Source: Candidatus Vogelbacteria bacterium RIFOXYD1_FULL_46_19
Lineage (GTDB): Bacteria; Patescibacteriota; Minisyncoccia; Phycocordibacterales; XYD1-FULL-46-19
Direction of reading: 5' to 3'
NCBI GenBank assembly: GCA_001824825.1
Contig: MHTK01000006.1
Location: forward strand, 57,051-121,050
DNA length: 64,000 bases
Part shown: positions 1 to 10,122 of the stretch, in pieces
Layout of the letters: each line of letters starts with the position of its first letter
How positions within the stretch are numbered: position 1 is the first letter of the stretch
Made by a program: the position numbers and the translations under genes
Notes under the pieces: model-generated
The model's input: only the letters and a program-made list of their open reading frames with translations
Told to the model about the DNA's origin: nothing
Databases searched by the model: none

Positions 1-3
1 AAA

Positions 4-384
4 ATGCGCGGTATTCGAGATTATGCTTATTTGGTCTTGCGTCAGCATGGTTCGCCGATGCACTTTGAAGAGGTGGCGAAGGGAATTGAAAAACTGTTTG
101 GCAAAAAAGCTCATCCGGCCACTTGTCACAATGAACTCATTAAAGACGAGCGCTTTGTCTTAGTGGGCCGTGGACTCTACGCTTTGTCGGAATGGGGTTA
201 TACTCGCGGCGTTGTGCTGGATGTTATTAAAGAAATATTACGTAAAGAAGGACCCTTGAAACGCGATGACATTATCGCTAAAGTTTTGAAAGAACGACAC
301 GTTAAAGAAAATACTATTTTAGTGAACTTGCAAAGCCCGGCTCACTTTAAAAAAGACCAGAGCGGACGTTATACCTTGGTTTAA
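4..384 (+). CDS. HARE-HTH domain protein (resembles the N-terminal domain of RNA polymerase delta subunit RpoE); the true start may lie upstream of the window
   Basis: The pattern hFeEvaK.I....G...h....hnEL..D.RFvlvGrGLYaL.eWgY matches the HARE-HTH/RpoE-delta N-terminal domain by eye. Confidence 0.45.
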   Translation: MRGIRDYAYLVLRQHGSPMHFEEVAKGIEKLFGKKAHPATCHNELIKDERFVLVGRGLYALSEWGYTRGVVLDVIKEILRKEGPLKRDDIIAKVLKERHVKENTILVNLQSPAHFKKDQSGRYTLV

Positions 385-425
385 ATTTGGCTAAACACAT
401 CTGTTTCGGGTATTATTAAAGGACC

Positions 426-1661
426 ATGAATAATGGACCGGCCCTTCTTTTAGAATTTTGGCAACTGTGGTACGAATCTCTAGTTCGTATTCCTTTTACT
501 TTGTGGTACATCTTGCCGCCTTTTTTGATAGTAGTCGCCTGGCGGGTCTGGCTCAATTTTAGTCAAGCTCGTTATCTTAAAAATTTAGAGTGGGATTTGT
601 TGGAAATAAAAATTCCGCGCGAGCTACTTAAGTCGCCGCAGGCGATGGAAGTGGTGACCAATATTTTTGCTCAAGGCAATGACGGCACCTTTGTTGACCG
701 CTGGTTTAAAGGTTATGTCCGCTTTTGGTTTTCTTTAGAGATAGCTTCTTTTGGGGGTGAAGTTCATTTTTATGTCCGCACACCGAAAAAATTTAGAAAC
801 GCAGTTGAGTCGCAACTTTACTCTCAGTATCCAGACTCGGAAATTTTTGAAGTACCTGATTACACTTTAGCCGTACCGTACGGCACCAAAGATAGCGACT
901 GGACGCTCTGGGCTGGGACTTTTAAACTAGGTAAGGAGGATTTCTATCCGATTAAAACGTATATTGATTACGGTTTAGATAAAGATCCAAAAGAAGAATT
1001 GAAAGTAGATCCGATTACTCCGGTCATTGAACTATTTGGATCCATCGGAGCAGGGGAACAGCTCTGGATGCAAATTTTAGTCATGGACACTAAAAAACGC
1101 GGGATCCAAGGGTCTCTTTTTAGAAGAGAGGAGTGGAAAGATGCCGCTAAAAAAGAATTAGATAAACTACAAAAACGAGATCAGAAATTAAAAGAGGGAG
1201 ATGTGCCTAATCCGGGGCAATTTACACTGACCCCACAGGAAAAATTTGTAGCGGATGCTATTGCCAGGAGCCTAACTAAACAAGGCTTTGACTGTGGTTA
1301 TAGGGTAGTTTACCTTGCCAAAGAAGATCTTTTCAATCCAGGGATGATTATGGGCCTGTTAGGCACCATTAAGCAGTATAATTCGCCACACTTAAACAGT
1401 TTCAAATTGGATCAGAAAGTCGGCTTTGATTACCCTTGGCAGGACCTGACTGGCCGTCGGGTCAAGCGCCAGCGTTTTGAAATGTTGGATGCTTTTAGAA
1501 AGCGAAGTTACTTTTATGCTCCTTACCAGGCGAAACCGTTTGTTTTAACCTCAGAGGAGCTAGCCACGATCTATCACTACCCAGGTCAAGTGGCCACCAC
1601 TCCCAACCTGGTCCGTATTGAATCCAAGCGAGGCGAACCACCAGCCAATTTACCAATTTAG
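426..1661 (+). CDS. hypothetical membrane-anchored protein (N-terminal TM helix, 411 aa)
   Basis: Long ORF with a hydrophobic N-terminus; I recognise no motif. Confidence 0.5.
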   Translation: MNNGPALLLEFWQLWYESLVRIPFTLWYILPPFLIVVAWRVWLNFSQARYLKNLEWDLLEIKIPRELLKSPQAMEVVTNIFAQGNDGTFVDRWFKGYVRFWFSLEIASFGGEVHFYVRTPKKFRNAVESQLYSQYPDSEIFEVPDYTLAVPYGTKDSDWTLWAGTFKLGKEDFYPIKTYIDYGLDKDPKEELKVDPITPVIELFGSIGAGEQLWMQILVMDTKKRGIQGSLFRREEWKDAAKKELDKLQKRDQKLKEGDVPNPGQFTLTPQEKFVADAIARSLTKQGFDCGYRVVYLAKEDLFNPGMIMGLLGTIKQYNSPHLNSFKLDQKVGFDYPWQDLTGRRVKRQRFEMLDAFRKRSYFYAPYQAKPFVLTSEELATIYHYPGQVATTPNLVRIESKRGEPPANLPI

Positions 1662-1677
1662 TGTTAAAATTTAGTTT

Positions 1678-2742
1678 ATGGATAAAGAAGGTTCGGATTT
1701 ACCCCCGTCTAAAATTGATAGTGACCATTTTTTTTGGCACGGCTTGAAAGAACGAGGTCGGCACTTTGCTAAAAGTCACCACCTGAACCGGTGGCGTAAC
1801 CTCGTCATATCGCTGGGAGTTATTATTTTAGTTGTCCTATTTCTACTCTACTTACTATTTTTACAACCACCACCTGATTTTCCGATAAAAGAATTTGTTA
1901 AAGTCGAAAAGGGTTTAACAATAGAACAAGCCGCTGAGACCTTGGCCGGTACTGGGGTTATAAAATCACCACTCGCCATGAAACTCTGGTATAAGCTTGG
2001 CCTAGCTGGGGAAAGTAACCCGTTGGTGGCGGGGGATTATTTCTTTGAGCATCGCTTACCACTTTGGAGTGTCATAGATCGCTTGGCCACCGGCCACCTC
2101 GGTCTAGAACATGTTCGCATCACCATCCCGGAGGGTCTGACCTTGGTCCAAATAGGAAAACTTTTGGAAGGAAAGTTGTCGGAGTTTAATCGTGCTCGCT
2201 TTACTCTAATTACTAAAGGCTTAGAAGGCTATCTATTCCCAGACACTTATTTCTTCGCCCCTAATGCCACCGAAGATGAAGTGGTAGAAGAAATGCGCGA
2301 GAACTTTGAGCTAAAGATTAAAGACCTTAAACCCGACATAGCTATCTCTGGCCGCACTTTGGAAGAAATAATTACTATGGCATCTATTATAGAAAAAGAA
2401 GCCATCACCCCGGAATCACGTCGGATCATCTCTGGTATCTTATGGAAACGGATCGACACTGGGATGAAACTGCAGGTAGACGCTGTTTTCCCTTACTTTT
2501 TAGGTAAGAATACTTTTGAACTAACCAGGGAAGACTTATGGTTTGATTCCCCTTATAATACTTACCGTTATGAAGGCTTGCCGCCGGCCCCGATTGCGAA
2601 TCCCAGCTTCGATTCAATCGAGTCTTCTCTTTATCCGGAGGAAACGTCTTACTGGTTTTATTTGTCGGATATGAGGAGTCAAATGCATTACGCCCGAACC
2701 CATGATGAACATGTAAAATTTAAGAATCAATATTTAAGGTAA
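1678..2742 (+). CDS. mltG: MltG/YceG-family endolytic murein transglycosylase
   Basis: N-terminal TM helix plus a YceG-like domain; motifs EGLTLVQIGKLL, EGYLFPDTYFF and ASIIEKEA. Confidence 0.8.
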   Translation: MDKEGSDLPPSKIDSDHFFWHGLKERGRHFAKSHHLNRWRNLVISLGVIILVVLFLLYLLFLQPPPDFPIKEFVKVEKGLTIEQAAETLAGTGVIKSPLAMKLWYKLGLAGESNPLVAGDYFFEHRLPLWSVIDRLATGHLGLEHVRITIPEGLTLVQIGKLLEGKLSEFNRARFTLITKGLEGYLFPDTYFFAPNATEDEVVEEMRENFELKIKDLKPDIAISGRTLEEIITMASIIEKEAITPESRRIISGILWKRIDTGMKLQVDAVFPYFLGKNTFELTREDLWFDSPYNTYRYEGLPPAPIANPSFDSIESSLYPEETSYWFYLSDMRSQMHYARTHDEHVKFKNQYLR

Positions 2743-2784
2743 GTGGATAAGGGTAAGAAAAAATTTTTAAAAAACTAAACGAGA

Positions 2785-3339
2785 ATGAAAAAACATAACC
2801 TAGCTTTTATTGATGTGGAAACTACCGGTTTTGATCCCGAGCGACACGAAATTATTGAATTAGGCTGTGTGGTAGCCAAGCAAAGTGAGAGTACTGATAA
2901 CCAAGGTGCCAAACTGCAAGTTCTTCATGAATTGGAGTATAAAATTCAACCACAAAATTTAGCCGCCGCCGATCCGCAGGCTCTACGCATCAACGGCTAC
3001 AATGAGGCTGATTGGCTTTTTGGTGTTTCTTTAGAACAAGCTTTGACAGACCTCTCGGCCAAGGTGGAAGGGGCAACTTTTGTGGCCCACAATGTGATCT
3101 TTGACTGGAATTTTGTCAGCCGGGCTTTTAGTAAAACCGGAGTCAAAAATACGATGCATTATGGGAAGCTAGATACCTTATCGATAGCTTTCGCCCTGCT
3201 TTACCGCGAAGATCGAGTGCAAAGTTTCAAGCTGGAAAGCTTAGCTGAATTTTTCGGAGTGAAAAATGAGAAGGCTCATACAGCCCTCGCGGACGCTCGA
3301 GCCACTATGGAGATTTACAAAAAAATGTTATCTATATAA
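2785..3339 (+). CDS. DnaQ-like 3'-5' exonuclease (DEDD family, DNA pol III epsilon-like)
   Basis: Exo I motif FIDVETTGFDP, a later FVAHNVIFDW motif and a C-terminal H..ALADA motif. Confidence 0.7.
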   Translation: MKKHNLAFIDVETTGFDPERHEIIELGCVVAKQSESTDNQGAKLQVLHELEYKIQPQNLAAADPQALRINGYNEADWLFGVSLEQALTDLSAKVEGATFVAHNVIFDWNFVSRAFSKTGVKNTMHYGKLDTLSIAFALLYREDRVQSFKLESLAEFFGVKNEKAHTALADARATMEIYKKMLSI

Positions 3340-3444
3340 ATTAAGTCACGAAAGTTAGATGTGGATAAGCTTAGGTTTTTAGTTTGCTCGAGCTGGCTTT
3401 TACCTTTATGCTTAAGATAATAATAGTTTCAAAATCTTTATTTC

Positions 3445-3744
3445 ATGGATAATTCATCAGCTGGTATACCTATTGAATCAAAAGGAAGGAGAAGCAAATT
3501 TATATTTGGCTTGGTATTTTTACTACTTCTCATTCTAATTGTCATAGTGATTGGAATAGTTAATAGTTACCGAAAAAACTCTGCGACCACAGAAAGTGTT
3601 TCCCAACCCTGGACCTATGAAGAAACTAATGAAGTTTTACAATCAATGCAACAAAAGCCCGAGGGAGATCCGGCTGGATTAAGTGAGAATGAGGTGCAAG
3701 ATATTTTGGAGGCTATGTCTAAAAAGCCAGCTGAGGCTAATTAA
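3445..3744 (+). CDS. small hypothetical membrane protein
   Basis: 99-aa ORF with one TM helix. Confidence 0.35.
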   Translation: MDNSSAGIPIESKGRRSKFIFGLVFLLLLILIVIVIGIVNSYRKNSATTESVSQPWTYEETNEVLQSMQQKPEGDPAGLSENEVQDILEAMSKKPAEAN

Positions 3745-3866
3745 GTGGTTATACACCTATACCGCTGGGCTTTAAACTTGACGATAGTATAATGAAGTAG
3801 CGGAAAATAATATTATCGGATCACGGTCTATATTAAATATAATTAATTACCAAATTTAAATATTTT

Positions 3867-5654
3867 ATGAATTCATTTTCTTATAAACTTTTACTACCGG
3901 TAGCGTTTATTGTGTCAATGTTGGGTGTCACCGCTGCCTTCGCCAACTGGACAGCCCCGCCCACCACTCCACCAGCTTGTCCAGCGAGCGAACCGGCTTG
4001 TAACGTACCTTTAAATGTTAGCGCGATAGCTCAGTCAAAATTGAATGGTTTGGTATTAAATACCGGCAATTACATTACTGGTCTGTTGGTTCCATTTGGT
4101 AATAACTCTTTTGGTAGTAATTCTTCTCCTGATCGTCTATTACATTTAGGTAATACTTTAGCCACCACCCGCTTTCCCGCCGTAGAGTTGGTAATAAGAA
4201 AACATTCAGGACGCACTACTGGTGGAGATGCGACGGGTATTGAATTTCAAACAGCTACCCAAAGTGGCGCTATTGGCTATAGTGATATTGGAGGCTTGGT
4301 CTTAGGTGTGGGCAATACTGGAGGCACTTCATCTAAGAGAGGTTTAGTAGTCAGTAATGCCGGTAATGTTGGGGTTGGATTCTGGCCTTGGGATAATAGC
4401 GTTCCTTCATATCTGTTTGAAGTAAAAGGGAACTCCCAACTAACCGGTAATTTGTATATCAAATCGAGCACCGCTCCAACTCCGATGCGCCTATGGCACA
4501 ATGCCAGCGCTACCGCCAATTACGGCCTACAAATCGCCAACGGAGCGACGGCGGTGGCTCAATTTGGACCCACCGGTGCGATTCAATTCCCTCTACTTAC
4601 CCAAGATACCGGGGTCAACCCCAGAGTCATTACTTCTACAGCTGGCGGCTCTTTAGCTTGGCGCAATATTGCGGACCTAGTTAGCGGGGGCACTACTTAC
4701 ACCCAAGGTACTGGAATTTTTGTTAATAACACTACAAAAGTGATTAGTGCGGATAATACCAAAAACTTATGGAATGCCAACCAACTTCAAACCAGAACAG
4801 TTAGTGCCACCGCCCCAGCCAGTGGCCAGGTTCTTAAATGGAATGGTACCGCCTGGGCTCCGGGAACAGATTTACAGGGTACGACGGGTACGACTTATTC
4901 AGCTAGTACTGGTTTAAGCTTGGCGGGAACTATTTTCTCGGCCAGAGTTGCTGAAGCCTTATGGAATGCTAACAAACTCCAAGGAAATACGGTTAGTTCT
5001 GGACTTCCGGCTACCGGTCAAGTTTTAAAGTGGACCGGTAGTACATGGGCTCCGGGGACGGATAACACTGGCGCCGGAGGAGGAGTGAGTCAAATTGTAG
5101 CCGGGACAGGAGTAACAATTTCACCCACTGCTGGTACAGGGGTGGTAACAATTAGTTCAACCGCAACTGGTGGTGGTGAAATCAACACCGCTAGCAACCT
5201 AGGAGCATTGGGAACAGGAATATTTAAAGAAAAAATAGGGGTTGATCTTAAATTCAAAAAACTACGAGCGGATACAGGAATAAACCTAATTGTTGGTTAT
5301 GACGATATTGGGATTAAAAATACCGGCATAACCTCAGTGACGGCTGGAACAGGAATTACCGTGGCAACTAATAACGGGGTTGCCACAATTTCATCAAGTG
5401 GTTCAAGTGTTACACCTGGGCCAGCTGTTTATGAATGCCCCAAAATAGATGTTACCGCTCCTGTAAATGATACTGGTAATGGACCTCCTACCCCTACTGG
5501 CTCAGCTGGTGAAGTTTGTATTTCTCAGTGTGTAGGTCAATTACAAACTGGATCTACTTGTAAAATTTGGAAATATTACTCCAACCCAGATAACACATGT
5601 CCTTATATCTCCTCTAACCAAAACTGTACTCTTAAGGGTAATCTAGTGCTTTAA
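3867..5654 (+). CDS. secreted/cell-surface tandem-repeat protein with a Cys-rich C-terminal domain
   Basis: Signal peptide, Pro/Thr linker, internal repeats WNAN.LQ..TVS...PA.GQVLKW.G..WAPGTD present twice, and eight Cys in the last 90 aa. Confidence 0.6.
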   Translation: MNSFSYKLLLPVAFIVSMLGVTAAFANWTAPPTTPPACPASEPACNVPLNVSAIAQSKLNGLVLNTGNYITGLLVPFGNNSFGSNSSPDRLLHLGNTLATTRFPAVELVIRKHSGRTTGGDATGIEFQTATQSGAIGYSDIGGLVLGVGNTGGTSSKRGLVVSNAGNVGVGFWPWDNSVPSYLFEVKGNSQLTGNLYIKSSTAPTPMRLWHNASATANYGLQIANGATAVAQFGPTGAIQFPLLTQDTGVNPRVITSTAGGSLAWRNIADLVSGGTTYTQGTGIFVNNTTKVISADNTKNLWNANQLQTRTVSATAPASGQVLKWNGTAWAPGTDLQGTTGTTYSASTGLSLAGTIFSARVAEALWNANKLQGNTVSSGLPATGQVLKWTGSTWAPGTDNTGAGGGVSQIVAGTGVTISPTAGTGVVTISSTATGGGEINTASNLGALGTGIFKEKIGVDLKFKKLRADTGINLIVGYDDIGIKNTGITSVTAGTGITVATNNGVATISSSGSSVTPGPAVYECPKIDVTAPVNDTGNGPPTPTGSAGEVCISQCVGQLQTGSTCKIWKYYSNPDNTCPYISSNQNCTLKGNLVL

Positions 5655-5671
5655 ATAAATTGGACTTATTT

Positions 5672-5710
5672 CCATCTAAAAACCACCCAGATTGGGTGGT
5701 TTTTAGATGG
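5672..5710 (+). terminator. intrinsic terminator hairpin after the repeat-protein gene
   Basis: ccatctaaaaaccaccc-agat-tgggtggtttttagatgg perfect hairpin with an internal U-run. Confidence 0.6.
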
Positions 5711-5833
5711 AAAATTTTTAAATTACCTACCTCTTATTGTACTAAAATTTTATTAGATTCTAAATAACTTTTACCTTGACTCTCAGTTTTATTTGTTGAA
5801 GTAATAAGTGTACAATTAATTTTAAATACATAT

Positions 5834-6898
5834 TTGAAAGATAGAAAACAAAAAGTCTATGTTGGGATGTCGGGCGGAGTAGACTCATCAGTCGCCGCCG
5901 CTTTACTAGTGGAGCAAAACTACGAGGTGACGGGAGTCTTTATCAAAGTCTGGGAGCCGCCCAACTTTTCTTGCACTTGGCGCGACGACCGGCGCGATGC
6001 TATGCGCGTGGCGGCCCAACTAAGTATCCCTTTCATCACTCTGGATTTATCAGCTGAGTATAAACAAGGGGTGGTGGACTATATGATCGCCGAATACCAA
6101 GCCGGGCGTACCCCCAACCCGGATGTCATGTGTAATAAAACCGTTAAATTCGGGGCTTTTTTCAACTGGGCTAGAAATGAAGGGGTCGACTACGTCGCAA
6201 CCGGCCACTACGCCCAAATTATATCAAAGGGCAATCAGTTCGAACTGCACGCCGGCCTCGACCCCACCAAAGATCAAAGCTATTTTTTATGGAGCTTAGC
6301 TCAAACTCATTTGGCTCACACTTTATTTCCCGTCGGCCATTACCCTAAAAAGGAAGTGCGGGCTTTAGCCGAAAAGTTCCAGTTGCCAACCGCGACCAAA
6401 AAAGACAGCCAGGGTTTGTGTTTTATCGGCAAGCTAAATGTGAAAGATTTTTTAAAGAATTTTATTGAAGCCAAGCCGGGTGAAGTGATAACTGAAAGTG
6501 GTGAAGTTGTCGGCCGGCACGATGGGGTTTTCTTTTACACTTTAGGTGAGCGCCATGGCTTTACCGTCACCCAAAAAACGACAGCCGAAAAGCCTTATTA
6601 TATCGTGGCTAAAGATTTGGATCGTAACCGCCTGATTGTGGCCACCGACCCGAAAAGTGAGGAGATGGTCACCAAAACCGCTCGCTTAACCAATACCAAC
6701 TGGAACACTAGCCCTCCGGCGAGCAACAAAACCTATCAAGTTCAATTGCGTTATCACGGCGAGTGCCTACCAGTCACTTTAGCGTCCACGGCCGATGGTT
6801 ATGTAGTCTCGTTTGTAGAACCAGTTCTTGCCACCCCCGGTCAGTCGCTGGTGGTTTACGAGGGTAGCCAGTGCTTAGGTGGGGGAATTATTATTTAA
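5834..6898 (+). CDS. mnmA: tRNA-specific 2-thiouridylase MnmA
   Basis: PP-loop SGGVDSSV, catalytic Cys motifs and the full MnmA architecture. Confidence 0.85.
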   Translation: MKDRKQKVYVGMSGGVDSSVAAALLVEQNYEVTGVFIKVWEPPNFSCTWRDDRRDAMRVAAQLSIPFITLDLSAEYKQGVVDYMIAEYQAGRTPNPDVMCNKTVKFGAFFNWARNEGVDYVATGHYAQIISKGNQFELHAGLDPTKDQSYFLWSLAQTHLAHTLFPVGHYPKKEVRALAEKFQLPTATKKDSQGLCFIGKLNVKDFLKNFIEAKPGEVITESGEVVGRHDGVFFYTLGERHGFTVTQKTTAEKPYYIVAKDLDRNRLIVATDPKSEEMVTKTARLTNTNWNTSPPASNKTYQVQLRYHGECLPVTLASTADGYVVSFVEPVLATPGQSLVVYEGSQCLGGGIII

Positions 6899-6952
6899 GG
6901 GCTACCTTAAGATTTTGCTTAAATCGGCTATTTTGTTTACTATTGGTGGTGT

Positions 6953-8831
6953 ATGGCTAGTACCAAAGACATTAGAAATAAATTTTTAGACTTCTACCGA
7001 GAGCGGGGACACGTAATAATACCTTCCGCCTCCCTAGTACCAGAAAACGATCCGACCACTCTGTTTACCGGTTCCGGGATGCAACCGATGGTCCCATACC
7101 TACTTGGTGAAAGGCACCCGGGGGGGTACCCGCCTGGCTGACTCCCAAAAAGCTTTCCGTTCGGGCGACATTACCGATGTGGGGGACAATCGTCACACTA
7201 CCTTTTTTGAAATGCTCGGCAACTGGTCCTTGGGCGACTATGGCAAAAAAGAGCAGTTACTGTGGATTTTTGATTTTTTAACAGAAGTGGTGGGACTCCC
7301 TCCTGAACGACTGTTTGTGACTGTTTTTGCGGGCGATAAGGTTCATAATTTACCCCAAGATGACGAATCGGCGGCTATTTGGCAAACCTTGTTTAAAACC
7401 AAGAATATCGACGCTGCCACCGCTATTATCGGGAGTGAAGCCGATGGGGCGAAGCGGGGAATCACAAACGAGGAAAGAATTTTCTACTACGACTCCGCCA
7501 AAAACTGGTGGAGTCGGGCCGGTCGGCCGCAAAATATGCCAGTCGGCGAACCCGGTGGACCGGATTCGGAAATTTTCTACCAGTTTCCGGACATTGAACA
7601 CGATTCTAAATTTGGGGAACACTGTCACCCTAATTGTGACTGCGGCCGTTTCTTAGAAATTGGTAACTCCGTTTTTATGGAATATCAAAAAAACGCTGAC
7701 GGTACTTTTCAACCACTGCCCCAAAAGAATGTGGACTTTGGCGGCGGTTTAGAGCGAATTGCCGCCGTGGCTAATTGGCAAGCTGATATTTTCCAGATTG
7801 ATATTTTTGCCGGCTTAATCACTAAACTTGAATCCTTATCGGGTCACCAATATCAAGATCGTAAGCACACGGCCGCTTTTAGAGTGGTAGCTGACCATCT
7901 GCGGGCCGCTACTTTTCTCATTGGAGACGGGGTAGTACCCTCCAATGCCGAGCGGGGCTATTTTGTTCGACGCCTCATCCGCCGAGCGGTTCGCTTTTAT
8001 GACCAGCTAGGTATTACAGCCGGGTCGTTGGCAGACTTGGTGTCCGAACTTCTAGTTTTTTACCACGAAGCTTATCCTGAGATCACAAATCAGACGGAGG
8101 AAATCAAAAAAGTTATAATGGAAGAAGAGCAAAAGTTTCGTCTCACTTTACACCTAGGCTTAAAAGAATTAAAAAAGTCTTTTATCGACGGGCAAATATC
8201 AGGTCTCACCGCTTTTAAATTATTTACCACTTACGGTTTTCCCATTGAGCTCACCACCGAACTGGCAGCGGAAGAGGGTATCACTGTTGATTTGGAACAA
8301 TTTAAAGCGGCCATGACCAAACATCAAGACTTGTCTCGAGCCGGATCCGAACAAAAATTTAAAGGTGGGCTACAAGACACCGGCGCGATGTCGGTCAAGT
8401 ATCATACAGCTACTCACTTGTTGCACCAGGCTTTAGTCAAAGTTCTGGGTAGTGGCGTCAGCCAAAAAGGCTCTAATATCACACCCGAACGGCTACGTTT
8501 TGACTTTACCCATCCCACTAAGCTCACTGACGAGGAGAAGCAAGCAGTGGAAAACTTGGTCAATGAGCAAATAGGGGCGGCCCGACCAGTACAGATGGTC
8601 ACCCTCAGTAAAACCGAGGCGGAAAAAACAGGAGCCCGACACTTTTTTGGCGACAAGTACGGCGAGCAAGTTAACATTTATTATATCGGGAATAGTTTAG
8701 ATAAAGCCTGGTCTAAGGAATTTTGTGGGGGGCCGCACGTTGCTAATACCAGTAATCTAGGCCACTTTAAAATTGTGAAAGAAGAAGCGGTGGCGGCTGG
8801 AGTCAGGCGAATTAAAGCAGTTTTAACTTAA
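6953..8831 (+). CDS. alaS: alanyl-tRNA synthetase, short form ending after the editing domain with no C-Ala domain; interrupted by a +1 frameshift in a G7 run at 7120-7126 (ORF parts 6953..7141 and 7104..8831)
   Basis: The N-terminal part ends ...LFTGSGMQPMVPYLLGERHPGG and the second part resumes ...TRLADSQKAFRSGD..RHTTFFEMLGNWSLGDY; both align to AlaRS catalytic core motifs. The editing-domain H..H and C...H motifs are present. Confidence 0.8.
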
Positions 8832-8920
8832 AGTTGATCATAGAAGAAACATTCTGACTCGTTAATACCCACTTATAGTTGGGTTTTTAGGCTGTCTGTT
8901 GTTATACTTATATGTAAAGT

Positions 8921-10066
8921 ATGTCACCACTCTTTCAGTCAAAAATAAAAAATGGGCCCCTGATTGTTTTAGAAATTGGCGGTGGCAGTGTGTCGGCCTT
9001 AGTCTTGGCCGACGAGGGATTACCCGAGCGCTCTTTAGTTTGGTCACGTCGCGAACCGCTAGCGTTTGGCAGTCACGAAGATTTTTCCCAGTACTTTCGC
9101 GACACGCTAAAAGTGTTAGACTCCTTACTCAACCAAATCAATCATTTCCACCTAGGCGAGATGGCGGCCGTTCATTGCCTCCTGGCGTCGCCTTGGCATG
9201 TGGCCGAGAGCCGTATCTTAACAGCTAATTGGCCACAACCCCTGTCTGTTACCCCTAAAATTATTGCCAATATGACGGCTCAAAACTTGGCCCGTCACCA
9301 AGCTCGCTTTAAATCAGATGACTTCGAGTTGGCTTTAATTGACGACGTGATCGTCAAAACAGAACTAGATGGTCGGGTATCTAGCAATGTCGACGGTCAA
9401 AAGGCTAGCCAACTAGCGATTACTCATTTCACCAGCAGTACTGACCGCCGCATCCTACAGAAACTGCGAGAAAAAATTAGCCCCCGACTCCACTATCAAG
9501 ATCCCCGTTTTCACTCCAACTTGTTATCTAATTTTGCAGTTACCAAAGCTGCTCTACCCAACCGCGAGAGTTTTATTTTACTGGATGTGAGTGGGGAGTT
9601 GACTGATGTCACTGTGGTATATAATGACAGCATCAGGGGGTTAGCCTCATTCCCGATGGGTAAATATACTATAGCAAGGATGCTAGCCGAAAAATTAGGC
9701 AGTAACCCGAGTGAGATTTATTCTTCTTTAAAGCTAAAGGCTGAGAAAATGCTGGATTTAAAGCATGAACGAGTGTTAGACCGAGCCCTGGAGCCCTTGC
9801 GCCTAGAGTGGCAATATTTACTGGCAGAAACTTTAAAACCCCTAGAGCGGCCTGGTGAACATTTGCCGGTAGTGGTAATCGGCGATGATACTATTTCTCT
9901 AACCATTGGAGAGTGGGCTAAGTCAAGTGCTACGGACAGGCTAGTTACTCACCCAACGGTAACCGACCATGACTATTATGCCGATCTCTGTCATAACTGC
10001 CGTCCCCAGACCAAAGATGTACCTATTTTAATCTCTTCTTTGTTTGCTAACAAATTTTTGATATAA
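8921..10066 (+). CDS. hypothetical protein with a possible actin-like ATPase fold (FtsA/PilM-like), divergent
   Basis: Two glycine-rich phosphate-like segments, IVLEIGGGSVSALV and ILLDVSGELTDVTVV, spaced as in actin/Hsp70-superfamily proteins. Confidence 0.4.
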   Translation: MSPLFQSKIKNGPLIVLEIGGGSVSALVLADEGLPERSLVWSRREPLAFGSHEDFSQYFRDTLKVLDSLLNQINHFHLGEMAAVHCLLASPWHVAESRILTANWPQPLSVTPKIIANMTAQNLARHQARFKSDDFELALIDDVIVKTELDGRVSSNVDGQKASQLAITHFTSSTDRRILQKLREKISPRLHYQDPRFHSNLLSNFAVTKAALPNRESFILLDVSGELTDVTVVYNDSIRGLASFPMGKYTIARMLAEKLGSNPSEIYSSLKLKAEKMLDLKHERVLDRALEPLRLEWQYLLAETLKPLERPGEHLPVVVIGDDTISLTIGEWAKSSATDRLVTHPTVTDHDYYADLCHNCRPQTKDVPILISSLFANKFLI

Positions 10067-10122
10067 TCAAATAGACTAAATTTTAACCAAATTGGCGTTT
10101 TACTAATTAATACTTAAATATT

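Noticed and set aside
2247-2617. Antisense ORFs 2247..2459 and 2426..2617 inside mltG. The same applies to 4277..4519, 7327..7656, 7350..7628, 8414..8677, 9718..9906, 10143..10358, 10471..10740, 13959..14213, 14324..14617, 18610..18849, 19469..19987, 23300..23497, 25808..26264, 27696..27938, 28213..28587, 30565..31293, 33191..33784, 39345..39776, 40521..40769, 41033..41617, 43298..43648, 46436..47039, 58302..58948 and 60140..60882.
   Set aside because: These are shadow ORFs on the opposite strand or in an alternative frame of well-supported conserved genes, with low-complexity translations.
3867-5654. Prophage tail-fibre interpretation of the repeat protein.
   Set aside because: No capsid, terminase, integrase or other phage genes lie anywhere nearby. 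The gene has a Sec signal peptide and sits between housekeeping genes, so a surface protein is the better call.
7104-7141. Programmed +1 ribosomal frameshift in alaS.
   Set aside because: No such mechanism is known for alaS. A G7 homopolymer is a classic sequencing-error site, so an assembly indel or an ordinary frameshift mutation is more parsimonious.
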